A stretch of DNA of 64,000 bases from a virus (taxonomy: Duplodnaviria; Heunggongvirae; Uroviricota; Caudoviricetes), in IMG/VR virus record IMGVR_UViG_3300011338_000526. One strand, 5' to 3'. The position numbers and the translations under genes are program-made. The notes under the pieces are model-generated. The model was not told the origin of the DNA. It did not search any database and was given only the letters and a program-made list of their open reading frames with translations. Below, piece by piece: positions 10,385 to 20,113 of this stretch. Positions within the stretch are counted from its first letter, which is position 1, and each line of letters opens with the position of its first letter.

Positions 10385-10546
10385 ACCAATTAAAGAAGAT
10401 TCGGCTTCTGTAGGAGCTTTCAATGCGGCAGGTGGCGGCAGCGTAGACGGGATTGGCGTCGGTCCGAAGGGCGAGCCAGGAGTGACTCCCAAGAAAAAAA
10501 AACTCCGCGTGTTGTTCCCAATCCTAAAAAGACAGGCGATGAGATA
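10376..10546 (+). CDS. small ORF (56 aa) containing A9 homopolymer
   Basis: ATG overlapping previous stop. Product MDKPIKEDSASVGAFNAAGGGSVDGIGVGPKGEPGVTPKKKKLRVLFPILKRQAMR. Stop overlaps ATG 10547 (TAATG). Confidence 0.25.
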
Positions 10547-10903
10547 ATGGCTGAAGATCGTTTAGACAAAATTGATGATGCGATTCAAAGACTGGCTGTT
10601 GTAGCTGGGGATCTTTCAAAAATGTTGGCGGTTCACGAACACCGAATCGCCTATCAAGAAAAAACTGCTGAGACCATTGTGGCTTCTATGGAAAAGCGCA
10701 GAGAAGAAGTTGATACTATTTTAAAAGACGTCTACTCAACGCTCAGAAGCGAAGTCTCCGCGCTGCGCGAGAATTCGACCAAACAGCATGATGAACAGAA
10801 CGTGAAGATCGAAGCGATTCAAAAGACATTGTGGATGGCTGTTGGCGCGGCGACCTTGGCTAGCTGGGCAATTCCAATTTTATTGAATAAGTTCATACAC
10901 TGA
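10547..10903 (+). CDS. coiled-coil protein with C-terminal TM segment
   Basis: 118 aa. C-terminus WMAVGAATLASWAIPILL is hydrophobic. Confidence 0.5.
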   Translation: MAEDRLDKIDDAIQRLAVVAGDLSKMLAVHEHRIAYQEKTAETIVASMEKRREEVDTILKDVYSTLRSEVSALRENSTKQHDEQNVKIEAIQKTLWMAVGAATLASWAIPILLNKFIH

Positions 10904-10911
10904 AAAAGGAC

Positions 10912-10939
10912 TTGACTTTTTCCTAGAACCCAGTATAAT
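10912..10939 (+). promoter_or_regulatory. sigma70-type early promoter module CTTGACTT-N16-TATAAT
   Basis: TTGACT 10912-17, TATAAT 10934-39. Upstream of primase. Confidence 0.55.
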
Positions 10940-10969
10940 CACTATGTGATAATGATATGGGTGTAAATT

Positions 10970-11995
10970 ATGGATTGGTTAGAGTCAAAGTACTTGGGTA
11001 TGGTGTCGAACCGACTGCGAAACTACAAACGCAAGTCAGGAACACTGTATTGTTTCTCTTGTCCGTTTTGCGGCGATTCCGAGACAGATCGGAAGAAGGC
11101 TAGAGGCTATGTGTATACCAAGAAGGGTAGCACTATGTTTCACTGCCACAACTGCAATGTCACCCATAACTTCAACAACTTCTTAAAGAATCTAGATTTC
11201 CAACTGTATTCGGAATTTAGCATTGAGAAGCTGAAAGACAACAAGCCAACTCAACAAAAAGAGCTTGAAGACTTCGTCGCTAAAATGAAGACCCCTGTGT
11301 TCCTACAATCAGGTCCGCTCAAGGGGTTGAAGAAGATTAGTCAGTTGTCGACGAACCATCCTTGTAAGGTGTTCGTTGCTAATCGTTTGATTCCCAATCC
11401 CTTTCATGCCAAGATGTTCTTCTGTCCCAAGTTCTTCGCTTGGGCGAATGAGATCATTCCCGGTAAGTTCAGCGACGAGTCATTGCTTTATGATGAGCCA
11501 AGGTTGCTGATCCCCTTCTTCAATAAAGAGAAGGAGATGCATGCATTTCAAGGTAGGTCTCTTGATAGTAAGAGTAAGACTCGCTACATCACGATTGTCA
11601 ACGACGAAACTGCGCCGAAGGTGTATGGACTTGATGAAGTTGACTTCAATAAGAAGTATTACGTGTTTGAAGGACCGATTGACTCTATGTTCGTGCCAAA
11701 CTCAATCGCTACAGCTGGTGGCGACTTGATTTCGACAGTCAAGGATTTCCCGAAGAAGAACATGGTTGTCGTTTATGACAACGAACCCAGGTCAGTTGAG
11801 ACGAAGAAAAAGCTAGAGAAGGCGATCATCAACGGCTACAACGTTTGTATCTGGCCAACCAATCTGATTCATAAAGATGTCAATGATATGGCCATGGCTG
11901 GGCTGAGCACCGACTTCATTCGGTACATTATTGACACAAACACTTACAACGACTTGAGAGCTAAGTTGGCTCTCAACTCATGGAGCAAACAATGA
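10970..11995 (+). CDS. DNA primase, T4 gp61-like
   Basis: Zn-finger CPFCGDSETDRKKARGYVY...FHCHNCN matches T4 gp61 (CPVCGDSKTDQNKARGWYY...IHCYNCN). Toprim-like EGPIDS...DNE. Confidence 0.8.
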   Translation: MDWLESKYLGMVSNRLRNYKRKSGTLYCFSCPFCGDSETDRKKARGYVYTKKGSTMFHCHNCNVTHNFNNFLKNLDFQLYSEFSIEKLKDNKPTQQKELEDFVAKMKTPVFLQSGPLKGLKKISQLSTNHPCKVFVANRLIPNPFHAKMFFCPKFFAWANEIIPGKFSDESLLYDEPRLLIPFFNKEKEMHAFQGRSLDSKSKTRYITIVNDETAPKVYGLDEVDFNKKYYVFEGPIDSMFVPNSIATAGGDLISTVKDFPKKNMVVVYDNEPRSVETKKKLEKAIINGYNVCIWPTNLIHKDVNDMAMAGLSTDFIRYIIDTNTYNDLRAKLALNSWSKQ

Positions 11996-12204
11996 GCCTT
12001 GTGCATTATAAGACGCCCCCCGAAGATTGCGAGTGGAGTGTAGAATTTGTTGTGATTGAATTTTGGTCAGCCGCTTTAGACCCTGGTTCCTTCAAGTGCA
12101 TTGTCGCTACAACGTATCACGAGTCAGTTGCAGAAGATCTCGTTAAAGAAAATCGTTTGTACCGCACATGGGTCAAGGCTTACAGAATTTACTCGAAAGA
12201 TTAG
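11980..12204 (+). CDS. hypothetical protein
   Basis: 74-aa ORF overlapping primase end. Confidence 0.35.
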   Translation: MEQTMSLVHYKTPPEDCEWSVEFVVIEFWSAALDPGSFKCIVATTYHESVAEDLVKENRLYRTWVKAYRIYSKD

Positions 12205-12213
12205 GAGCAAACA

Positions 12214-12525
12214 ATGAGCCTTGATCGATTCTTCGCTAGCGAAGAGACCCTCTACAATATTCTTGTTGACTTGGAGACCAGAAAACGAATCAAGATTTCT
12301 GTTGCAGCCTACGCATATGAGCTTTTGAGCACGCCGATCATGTCTGACGAAGAATTCGATGCGCTTGCCTACAGCATTGATCTCAAGATCAATACAAGAC
12401 GACCCGATCTTGATGCTTGGTTCCGGCGTAACTTTGAACCTCACACGGGCATGTGGATCTATGGACATCCCGAGAAATCAAAGCTGTTGATCATAGCGAA
12501 GAACGTCATCAACAGCAAATTTTGA
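12214..12525 (+). CDS. hypothetical protein
   Basis: 103-aa ORF with AGGAG upstream. Confidence 0.4.
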   Translation: MSLDRFFASEETLYNILVDLETRKRIKISVAAYAYELLSTPIMSDEEFDALAYSIDLKINTRRPDLDAWFRRNFEPHTGMWIYGHPEKSKLLIIAKNVINSKF

Positions 12526-12552
12526 TCTCTATATAACTACTCGAATGAACGC

Positions 12553-12580
12553 TTGACTTTTCGGCGAGTCGAGGTATAAT
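12553..12580 (+). promoter_or_regulatory. early promoter module CTTGACTT-N16-TATAAT
   Basis: TTGACT 12553-58, TATAAT 12575-80. Upstream of thyX. Confidence 0.55.
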
Positions 12581-12608
12581 AAAGTTTACAAGCAATGGGA
12601 CCTATTCA

Positions 12609-13262
12609 ATGAATACAGCGAAGATTATTGCAGTAACCAATCCTATGATAGAGGGTGTAACGACAGCAGAACAACTGATTGCCTTTGCTGCGCGAGTGTC
12701 TAATCCATCAAATCAAAACAACGAGGAAACCAGTGAAAAGCTTCTCCGATATTGTATTAGAAACAAGCATTTCAGCGTATTTGAAATGGTCAACGTTGTT
12801 ATGCAAATTGACACAACTCGGGACATTGCCCGCCAGATTCTACGCCATCGTTCATTCTCGTTTCAAGAATTTTCCCAACGTTATGCTGATCCTACAAAGG
12901 ATCTCGGCTTTGTAACTCGCGAAGCTCGCCTTCAGGATAAGAAGAACCGCCAGAACTCTGTAGAGGTTGATGACACTTCATTACAAGAAGAGTGGGAAGA
13001 TCATCAGCAGTTCTTGATCGAGCAAACAACATCGATTTACGATTGGGCGATCCAGAACGGCATCGCCAAGGAGCAAGCTCGAGCAGTTCTTCCTGAAGGT
13101 CTGACATGCTCTCGCATGTATATGAATGGTACGCTGCGTAGCTGGATTCATTTCTGCGAGCTGAGAATGGGTAACGGTACTCAGAAGGAGCACATGGAAG
13201 TTGCTAAGAGTGCTTGGAGTGAGTTGAGTTTGTATTTTAAGTTTTTAACAGAACAAAAGTAA
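12609..13262 (+). CDS. thyX: flavin-dependent thymidylate synthase ThyX
   Basis: RHRSFSFQEFSQRY (ThyX RHR..S motif). 217 aa. Confidence 0.8.
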   Translation: MNTAKIIAVTNPMIEGVTTAEQLIAFAARVSNPSNQNNEETSEKLLRYCIRNKHFSVFEMVNVVMQIDTTRDIARQILRHRSFSFQEFSQRYADPTKDLGFVTREARLQDKKNRQNSVEVDDTSLQEEWEDHQQFLIEQTTSIYDWAIQNGIAKEQARAVLPEGLTCSRMYMNGTLRSWIHFCELRMGNGTQKEHMEVAKSAWSELSLYFKFLTEQK

Positions 13263-13265
13263 GGA

Positions 13266-15560
13266 ATGCCTATGATTAGAGTTCAAAAGAGAGACGGTCG
13301 GCTAGAACCAATGGATCTAAACAAGTTCCATCGCGTTGTGGCTTGGGCTTGTGATGGACTGAGTAACGTCTCTGAATCGGAGATCGAGCTTAAGTCCCAC
13401 GTTCAGTTCTATGATAAGATTAAGTCGACCAATATTCACGAGACGCTAATCAAGGCTGCTTCCGAACTTATTTCAGAAGACACCCCGAACTACCAATTCG
13501 TAGCATCTCGACTGATCAATTACAATCTCCGCAAGGAAGTGTATGGTCAGCCGGAGCCTTGGGAGTTGACTAATCACGTTATTGAGGTTGTTAGCCAAGG
13601 ATACTATGATACAGAGATCCTCGCTCAATATAATAATGATGAGATGGGTTGGCTCAATAAGCAAATCGATCATGATCGAGACTTCCAGATTGTGTACGCT
13701 GGAATGGAGCAGTTCCGTGGCAAGTATCTGATTAAGAACCGAGTGACCGGTCAGTTCTACGAGACGCCTCAGATGGCGTACATGCTGATTGCCATGACTC
13801 TGTTCCGGAACTACGAGAAGTCAACTCGTCTGAAGTGGGTCAAGGACTTCTATGATGCTATCTCTACATTCGAGATCTCTCTGCCGACACCTATCATGGC
13901 AGGTCTTCGTAGCCCTCAGAAGCAATTCTCATCTTGCGTATTGATCGAAACGGACGATTCGCTTGACTCTATCTTCACAACTGCACATGCGATTGGAAAA
14001 TATGTCTCACAAAAAGCTGGTATTGGCATCGGCGCTGGTCGCATTCGTGCTATTGGTTCTGCCATTCGTAATGGAGACGCTAGCCATACTGGCGTTATTC
14101 AATTTTATAAGCACTTTCAAACTGCAGTAAAGTCCTGCAGTCAAGGCGGAGTTCGCGGTGGCGCTGCAACTCTTCACTATCCTATTTGGCATCTTGAAGT
14201 TGAAGACCTTCTTGTGTTGAAGAACAACAAGGGCGTTGAAGACAACCGAGTTCGCCACCTGGACTATTCCGTTCAGTTCAATAAGGTGATGTACGAGCGA
14301 CTTCTCACTGATGGCAATATCACGCTGTTCAGCCCGAATGACGTTCCCGAGCTCTATGATGCGTTCTTCGTCGATAACGACCGATTCAGAATGCTGTATG
14401 AAGATGCGGAGAACAATCCGAAAATCAGAAAGAAGACTGTTTCGGCACTTGAGCTGTTCTCGGCGTTTCTTCAAGAGCGCAAAGACACAGGTCGCATTTA
14501 CCTGATGAACGTAGATCATGCAAACGATCATGGCTCGTTTGATAAGGTCTTGGCACCAATTCGTATGTCAAACCTTTGTCAAGAAGTTGACTTGCCAACC
14601 AAGCCTCTAAATAATTTGAATGATGGAAGCGGCGAAATCTCGCTTTGCACGCTTTCGGCTATCAATTGGGGAAAGATCCGTGATCCTAGAGACTTTGAAC
14701 GTCCTTGCACTCTTGCTGTCCGTGCTTTGGATGAGCTTCTTGACTACCAAGACTATCCGGTCGAAGCGGCGAGGAGATCGACTATGTCAAGAAGACCGCT
14801 TGGAGTTGGCATTATCAATCTTGCTTACTGGCTTGCTCGCAACGATCTTTCTTATCAGAACATTGATTCTGTAGGGCTTCAAAAGATTCATGAATACGCC
14901 GAGGCTTGGTCTTACTATCTGATCAAGGCATCGGCTGATCTTGCATTCGAGAAGGGTCAGTGCCCGTTCTCGCATGAGACGAAGTACCATACTGGCACGC
15001 TTCCTATCGACACTTACAAGAAAGAAGTTGACGAACTGGCAGAGCCGACTTATAATATGGACTGGGGTTCGCTTCGCCTTCAGCTTGGACAAACTGGTAT
15101 TCGCAACTCAACTCTAATGGCTTTAATGCCTTCCGAGACATCAGCGCAGCTGAGCAATGCAACTAATGGCATTGAGCCGCCACGTTCGCTTGTGTCAATC
15201 AAGGTTTCTAAGGACGGTGTGCTTAAGCAAGTTGTTCCTGAAGTCCGCAAGCTCAAGAATAAGTATGACCTTCTGTGGGATCAGAAGTCGCCGGAAGGTT
15301 ACTTGAAGATTTGCGCTGTGCTGCAGAAGTTCATTGATCAGGGAATCTCCGTCAACACCAGCTACAATCCTAAGTTCTATGAGAATGAAGAGATCCCTCT
15401 GTCCGACTTGATCAAGCACATTGTCATGTTCTATCGCTATGGCGGAAAGCAGCTATACTATTTCAACGTAGCGGATGGCGCGGGCGAGCAAGAAGTTCAA
15501 CCCGAGCTCGGTCAGTCTGCCGTTGACGACGAAGAAGATTGTGCGTCCTGTAAGATCTAA
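13266..15560 (+). CDS. nrdA: ribonucleotide reductase class Ia alpha subunit
   Basis: 764 aa. ATP-cone-like N-terminus. Conserved RNR large-subunit motifs. No intein or intron interruption. Confidence 0.9.
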   Translation: MPMIRVQKRDGRLEPMDLNKFHRVVAWACDGLSNVSESEIELKSHVQFYDKIKSTNIHETLIKAASELISEDTPNYQFVASRLINYNLRKEVYGQPEPWELTNHVIEVVSQGYYDTEILAQYNNDEMGWLNKQIDHDRDFQIVYAGMEQFRGKYLIKNRVTGQFYETPQMAYMLIAMTLFRNYEKSTRLKWVKDFYDAISTFEISLPTPIMAGLRSPQKQFSSCVLIETDDSLDSIFTTAHAIGKYVSQKAGIGIGAGRIRAIGSAIRNGDASHTGVIQFYKHFQTAVKSCSQGGVRGGAATLHYPIWHLEVEDLLVLKNNKGVEDNRVRHLDYSVQFNKVMYERLLTDGNITLFSPNDVPELYDAFFVDNDRFRMLYEDAENNPKIRKKTVSALELFSAFLQERKDTGRIYLMNVDHANDHGSFDKVLAPIRMSNLCQEVDLPTKPLNNLNDGSGEISLCTLSAINWGKIRDPRDFERPCTLAVRALDELLDYQDYPVEAARRSTMSRRPLGVGIINLAYWLARNDLSYQNIDSVGLQKIHEYAEAWSYYLIKASADLAFEKGQCPFSHETKYHTGTLPIDTYKKEVDELAEPTYNMDWGSLRLQLGQTGIRNSTLMALMPSETSAQLSNATNGIEPPRSLVSIKVSKDGVLKQVVPEVRKLKNKYDLLWDQKSPEGYLKICAVLQKFIDQGISVNTSYNPKFYENEEIPLSDLIKHIVMFYRYGGKQLYYFNVADGAGEQEVQPELGQSAVDDEEDCASCKI

Positions 15561-15578
15561 CTTATGATTCTTCAATTA

Positions 15579-15610
15579 AATCCGCCGGTCCCTTTGAAAA
15601 CTCCTAAGGG
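15579..15610 (+). promoter_or_regulatory. 10-bp stem-loop between nrdA and nrdB
   Basis: ccggtccctt / aagggaccgg with 11-nt loop. Not followed by a T-run. Confidence 0.3.
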
Positions 15611-15761
15611 ACCGGCACTAGCGCATTTCCTAATTGACTACGGCATTGAACACAATTTGATGTGGGTTTGTTTTCAGCAACAAACCGGCGAATGTTGGAC
15701 TTGGGATAACAAAGACATTCGTGCAGAAAAGAACATAACATCAGGAAGGATTATCGACTAA

Positions 15762-16886
15762 ATGACTTACAGCGTTTTCGATGCTAACAACAAGCGAGAA
15801 TTTGCAAGTGCTAAGTGCTTTCTTGATGACCCAGTTACTATTGCTCGGTATGATCGTCAGAAGTATCCTATCTTCGAGAAGCTGATCAATCAGCAGCTTG
15901 GTTTCTTCTGGCGTCCAGAGGAAGTTGAAGTCACGCGTGATGCTAAGGACTTCAAGGCTCTGACAAAGCATGAGCAGCACATCTTCACAAGCAATCTCAA
16001 GCGACAGATCCTTCTTGACTCTGTTCAGGGTCGTTCACCGAACATTGCCTTCCTGCCGATTGCTTCGCTACCAGAGATTGAGACTTGGATCTCCACGTGG
16101 GCTTTTTCTGAAACGATTCACTCTCGCTCATATAGTCACATCATTCGCAATGTCTACTCCGATCCATCGAAGGTGTTTGATGAGATGATGGACATAGCTG
16201 AGATTGTTGATTGTGCCAAGGACATCTCAAAGTACTATGATCAGTTAATTGAGATGAATGGTGATATGAATAATCCTCATGAGCCGTACATGTGGTGGTC
16301 ATGTAAAGCAGATAATCCAAAGTACGAGCACAAGAAAGCTCTGTGGCTTTCTCTGATGTCAGTCAACATCCTTGAAGGGATTCGCTTCTATGTGAGCTTT
16401 GCTTGCTCATGGGCATTTGCTGAAGTCAAGAAGATGGAAGGCAACGCCAAGATCATTAAGCTGATTGCTCGTGATGAAAACCTTCACCTTGCTGCTACTC
16501 AGCACATGCTCAAGATCCTTCCTCAAGATGATCCTGACTTTGCACTGATTCGTGATGAGACCAAGGCTGAATGTTCCAAGATGTTCTTGGATGCTGCCAA
16601 TCAGGAAAAGACATGGGCTGACTATCTGTTCAAGGACGGCTCTATGATTGGCTTGAATAAGGTTCTACTTGATGAATACGTTGAGTGGATCACTAATCGT
16701 CGTCTGCAGGCTGTCGGGTTGCCCCTACTATATAAGACCGGATCAAATCCGTTACCCTGGACACAGAAGTGGATCAGCGGCGGAGAAGTCCAAGTAGCCC
16801 CACAAGAAACGCAGCTAACGAGTTATATCGTGGGCGGGGTTAAAAAAGATGTTTCAAGTTCATCGCTGAAAGGTTTATCACTATGA
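15762..16886 (+). CDS. nrdB: ribonucleotide reductase class Ia beta subunit
   Basis: 374 aa. Di-iron ligand motifs (EVTRD..., ENLHL...) of R2. Confidence 0.85.
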   Translation: MTYSVFDANNKREFASAKCFLDDPVTIARYDRQKYPIFEKLINQQLGFFWRPEEVEVTRDAKDFKALTKHEQHIFTSNLKRQILLDSVQGRSPNIAFLPIASLPEIETWISTWAFSETIHSRSYSHIIRNVYSDPSKVFDEMMDIAEIVDCAKDISKYYDQLIEMNGDMNNPHEPYMWWSCKADNPKYEHKKALWLSLMSVNILEGIRFYVSFACSWAFAEVKKMEGNAKIIKLIARDENLHLAATQHMLKILPQDDPDFALIRDETKAECSKMFLDAANQEKTWADYLFKDGSMIGLNKVLLDEYVEWITNRRLQAVGLPLLYKTGSNPLPWTQKWISGGEVQVAPQETQLTSYIVGGVKKDVSSSSLKGLSL

Positions 16887-17149
16887 GTTGGAGTTCAGGT
16901 TCTAGACTATTTGCCGGCATCGCCGAAATTATTGCAGAAACTATCTCGGATGAGAGCGAGCGAAAGATTCTCTATAAGGGAATGATTGCAGAGTTCGAAT
17001 CTTTTGATTGCGATACATTGTTTGAATGTAGAGACATCGACCATGTTCTTGACGACCTTCTGGATGAAATCTACGAGCCAATAGAAGGCGAGGATATCGA
17101 CGATGATGATGAAGAAGAGTGGCCAGATGGAGGACGCGAAGACTTCTGA
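16883..17149 (+). CDS. small acidic protein
   Basis: 88 aa with DIDDDDEEEWPDGGREDF tail. Start overlaps nrdB stop. Confidence 0.45.
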   Translation: MSWSSGSRLFAGIAEIIAETISDESERKILYKGMIAEFESFDCDTLFECRDIDHVLDDLLDEIYEPIEGEDIDDDDEEEWPDGGREDF

Positions 17150-17156
17150 CTAAGTA

Positions 17157-17180
17157 GAGGAGAAAGGAAACTCCTCTATG
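17157..17180 (+). promoter_or_regulatory. hairpin sequestering RBS and start of GIY-YIG gene
   Basis: gaggag-aaaggaaa-ctcctc, then t, then ATG 17178. Confidence 0.45.
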
Positions 17181-17618
17181 ACATGGATTTATGAAGCGAA
17201 ACCGATTGACGAATCAAAACTAGATCAGTACGTCGGCTTCGTTTATTGCATTACCAATCTTGTCGATGACAGAAAATACATCGGCAAGAAGCTATTGAAG
17301 TTCAAGAAAAGCAAAATCGTCAAGGGCAAGAAGAAAAAGATTCTTGTTGAGTCTGACTGGAAGAAGTACTGGGGTTCGAACAAGCAGCTGATAGCGGATG
17401 TTCAAGAGCTCGGGGAAGATAAGTTTGTTCGGGAAATCCTCACTCTCTGTAAGAGCAAGAGCGAATGCAATTATTGGGAAGCGAAGTTCCAATTTCAACT
17501 TGGCGTTATCGAATCTGATAAGTATTATAATGAATGGATACAATGTAAGATTCACAAGGCGCACATTAAAAAGCTTGACTTCTCCGATAGAGAGGGTATA
17601 ATGAGGGTGACCTGTTAG
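17178..17618 (+). CDS. GIY-YIG homing endonuclease (Seg-like)
   Basis: GFVYCITNLVDDRKYIGKK matches GIY-x10-YIG motif. Freestanding after nrdB. Confidence 0.65.
   Translation: MTWIYEAKPIDESKLDQYVGFVYCITNLVDDRKYIGKKLLKFKKSKIVKGKKKKILVESDWKKYWGSNKQLIADVQELGEDKFVREILTLCKSKSECNYWEAKFQFQLGVIESDKYYNEWIQCKIHKAHIKKLDFSDREGIMRVTC
17585..17612 (+). promoter_or_regulatory. early promoter module CTTGACTT-N16-TATAAT (inside end of GIY-YIG ORF)
   Basis: TTGACT 17585-90, TATAAT 17607-12. Confidence 0.5.
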
Positions 17619-17648
17619 TCAAACGAACGGAAAGAAGTAGTATGTGCG

Positions 17649-18110
17649 ATGAACATCGACGAAGTTAAAGCCTACATCACCAACTCATCTTCAAACTCAA
17701 AGATTTACATCGGTTCTGATTCCGAAAGATTCAAGAACGGCGGTAAGTGGTATGCTGACTACGCTACGGTTGTAGTCATTCACATCGATGGTAAGCGTGG
17801 TTGTAAGGTGTTCGGCGAAGTAACAAGAGAGCTAGACTATGATCGAAAGGTCAGCCGTCCAGCCCTCAGACTTATGAATGAGGCGTACAAGGTTCAAGCT
17901 CTCTATTCGGAGCTACAGGATGTCATCGGCGAGCGGTTTTGCGAGCTACACCTTGACATCAATCCGGACGAACGCTATGGTTCGTCGTGCGTAGTCACTC
18001 AGGCGATTGGCTATATAATAGGTACTTGCAACATTGAACCAAAGGTAAAGCCTTTCGCGTTTGCTGCTAGCATTGCTGCAGATCGTTACAAGGGATTGAC
18101 AGCAGCGTAA
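17649..18110 (+). CDS. hypothetical protein (weak RNase H-like D/E pattern)
   Basis: 153 aa. IYIGSDSE...NGGKWYADYATVVV resembles the start of RNase HI, but only loosely. Confidence 0.4.
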   Translation: MNIDEVKAYITNSSSNSKIYIGSDSERFKNGGKWYADYATVVVIHIDGKRGCKVFGEVTRELDYDRKVSRPALRLMNEAYKVQALYSELQDVIGERFCELHLDINPDERYGSSCVVTQAIGYIIGTCNIEPKVKPFAFAASIAADRYKGLTAA

Positions 18111-18143
18111 CGCTGTCTACGAAACAGATTAGGAGATCAAACT

Positions 18144-18641
18144 TTGCAAAAGCGCATTCTAATCGCGCTTTTGAGTTTGGGCGTTTTATTATACTGCAGC
18201 AACACGCTGGCAGTTCAGAACAACATTGTAGTGACTACGGAGGAACGTGTAGTCGGTGCACAAACCGACGCAAACGAATCATCGACTATTGATTCGACCA
18301 GTAACGCCCCAACTCAAAAGGTAAGCGACAACGACGCTGCCGACAATGTGCATACTGTGATACGAAGGTATAATGCACATGCATCTTGGTATAGACATGG
18401 CAGGATTACAGCCAACGGCGAAAGATTCTACCCGCTAGGTATGACCGCAGCCCACAAGTCTTTGCCATTCGGCACAATAGTCAGGTTCACTAACCCAGAC
18501 AACGGTCTAAGCATAACTGTAAGAATCAATGATCGAGGTCCATTCATTCGAGGTCGAGATTTCGATCTTTCTCTCGGAGCGGCTCGAGCTCTTGACATGG
18601 AGCAAAGAGGTGTGATGAGGCTCAGAGTTGAGATTATGTAA
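18144..18641 (+). CDS. secreted RlpA-like double-psi beta-barrel lytic transglycosylase
   Basis: Signal peptide [39 protein letters not shown]...[19 protein letters not shown] matches RlpA DPBB domain. Confidence 0.65.
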   Translation: MQKRILIALLSLGVLLYCSNTLAVQNNIVVTTEERVVGAQTDANESSTIDSTSNAPTQKVSDNDAADNVHTVIRRYNAHASWYRHGRITANGERFYPLGMTAAHKSLPFGTIVRFTNPDNGLSITVRINDRGPFIRGRDFDLSLGAARALDMEQRGVMRLRVEIM

Positions 18642-18723
18642 CGATCAGCCGACTATATAATGCAGTCGGTCAAAAGACGTGGAATTACAAATGAGTTTAT
18701 TGAGATATTTGAAAGGAAAGATT

Positions 18724-19158
18724 ATGGCAAGACCAAAGGGTAGTAAGAATAAGGTTGTTGAGCAGCCTAAGGAATTTGACTATGAAAGGGATGATGCGTT
18801 GATTGATGGCGCATATCAAACGACCATGATTACGTCCGCAGAAGCCAGACCAGCGCCTCGGTCTATCGAGGAACAACCGAATTACGTCACGATTCCGCAG
18901 AAGCAACCCGATACGCAATTAATGCGGAGTATCCCCGCATATGCTCCTACAGAAACTCTGTTCTTGGTCGAAGGTGATGTGCAGCTGTCTTCGCGCGTGC
19001 CAGGGCGAGGTTCTATGGTTGCTAAGCAAACCAGACTCGTCAACGCAACAAGCGACGCTCAAGCCATCCAGAAGTTTTCTGCGTACTTCAACAACCTCAG
19101 TGATGCCGAATCCTTTTACACGGTGGTTCGTGCAGCTGCCATGGAAACAATCAATTGA
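18724..19158 (+). CDS. hypothetical protein
   Basis: ATG 18724 with GAAAGGAAAG upstream. Confidence 0.45.
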   Translation: MARPKGSKNKVVEQPKEFDYERDDALIDGAYQTTMITSAEARPAPRSIEEQPNYVTIPQKQPDTQLMRSIPAYAPTETLFLVEGDVQLSSRVPGRGSMVAKQTRLVNATSDAQAIQKFSAYFNNLSDAESFYTVVRAAAMETIN

Positions 19159-19415
19159 TGTTAGTCGAGCTGTATACTAAGGACGATTGTTCTTATTGCC
19201 AGATGGCGAAGGTTGCGCTCAAGAACGCAGGTCATGGCTTCTCCGAACTAAAGCTTAATCGGGACTTCAGCAGAGAACAAATCCTAGAAAGATTTCCGTC
19301 CGCCAAGACATTCCCGATTATAGTTGTTGACGGGTTCTACATAGGCGGCTATAATGCTTTGACGGAGCACTTGTCTCGCCAAAACAACTCAAGTCAAATT
19401 TTGCTTAACGAATAG
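19158..19415 (+). CDS. glutaredoxin (NrdC/NrdH-like)
   Basis: CSYC redox motif in thioredoxin-fold context. 85 aa. Confidence 0.7.
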   Translation: MLVELYTKDDCSYCQMAKVALKNAGHGFSELKLNRDFSREQILERFPSAKTFPIIVVDGFYIGGYNALTEHLSRQNNSSQILLNE

Positions 19416-19425
19416 GAGATACATA

Positions 19426-19701
19426 ATGTATAACCGCGACACTCTACTGAAGGATCTGCGAGCTAATTTGCTTGAGGTCCACTTCACTAAGGCGAACGGC
19501 GAAAATCGCGTCATGCGCTGCACTCTTCAAGCCAACATGCTCCCCGAAAGTTATCGAGCTGATCCTGATGAACAAAAGCAAGAGAAGAACTTTCACAAGG
19601 AAAATCCTGATGTGATTGCTGTTTGGGACACCGAAGCTGCTGCTTGGCGTTCTTTCCGAATTGACTCTGTATATTATTGCGAAGCCAAGAGCGGCTTTTA
19701 A
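19426..19701 (+). CDS. hypothetical protein
   Basis: 91-aa ORF. Confidence 0.45.
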   Translation: MYNRDTLLKDLRANLLEVHFTKANGENRVMRCTLQANMLPESYRADPDEQKQEKNFHKENPDVIAVWDTEAAAWRSFRIDSVYYCEAKSGF

Positions 19702-19712
19702 GGATTAACGAT

Positions 19713-20105
19713 ATGGAAGAAGAACGTCACTGGGGCTATCATGCCATTCTAGATGCAGCTGGTTGTAATCATAACGCTATCACCAGCTATGACAACGTCT
19801 ATGCATTTGCCAAGCAGTTGGTGAAGGACATCGACATGGTAGCCTACGGCGAGCCTCAGATTGTCAACTTCGGTAGCGGAGACAAGGCTGGCTTCACGCT
19901 CGTGCAGCTGATCGAAACATCTAACATCTGCGCGCACTTTGTCAACGAACTTGATCACATGTATCTGGATGTCTTCAGCTGCAAGCCATTCGACGAGCGT
20001 GTAGTCGAGGATCTCGTTGTGCGGTACTTCGGCGCTAAGACGATCCGCCGCGCTTTCATCAAGCGTCAGGCTATGCTTGATGTTGAAGAGTCCGCGAAAA
20101 ATTAA
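19713..20105 (+). CDS. S-adenosylmethionine decarboxylase, pyruvoyl type (SpeH-like)
   Basis: FTLVQLIETSNICAHFVNE...YLDVFSCK aligns with SpeH [20 protein letters not shown]...AIDLFTCG. Confidence 0.6.
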   Translation: MEEERHWGYHAILDAAGCNHNAITSYDNVYAFAKQLVKDIDMVAYGEPQIVNFGSGDKAGFTLVQLIETSNICAHFVNELDHMYLDVFSCKPFDERVVEDLVVRYFGAKTIRRAFIKRQAMLDVEESAKN

Positions 20106-20113
20106 TAGCGGAA

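Noticed and set aside
15564-15761. 65-aa ORF between nrdA and nrdB
   Set aside because: Covers the intergenic stem-loop. No SD. Typical nrdA-nrdB spacer.
13266-16886. Group I introns or inteins in nrdA/nrdB/thyX hosting the nearby endonucleases
   Set aside because: All three genes are single uninterrupted ORFs of normal length. The endonucleases are freestanding.
18646-18672. Hairpin ccgact-atataatgc-agtcgg containing TATAAT
   Set aside because: No matching -35 at 16-18 nt and it lacks the conserved CTTGACTT. Probably a weak stem-loop or terminator after the RlpA-like gene, not one of the promoter family.
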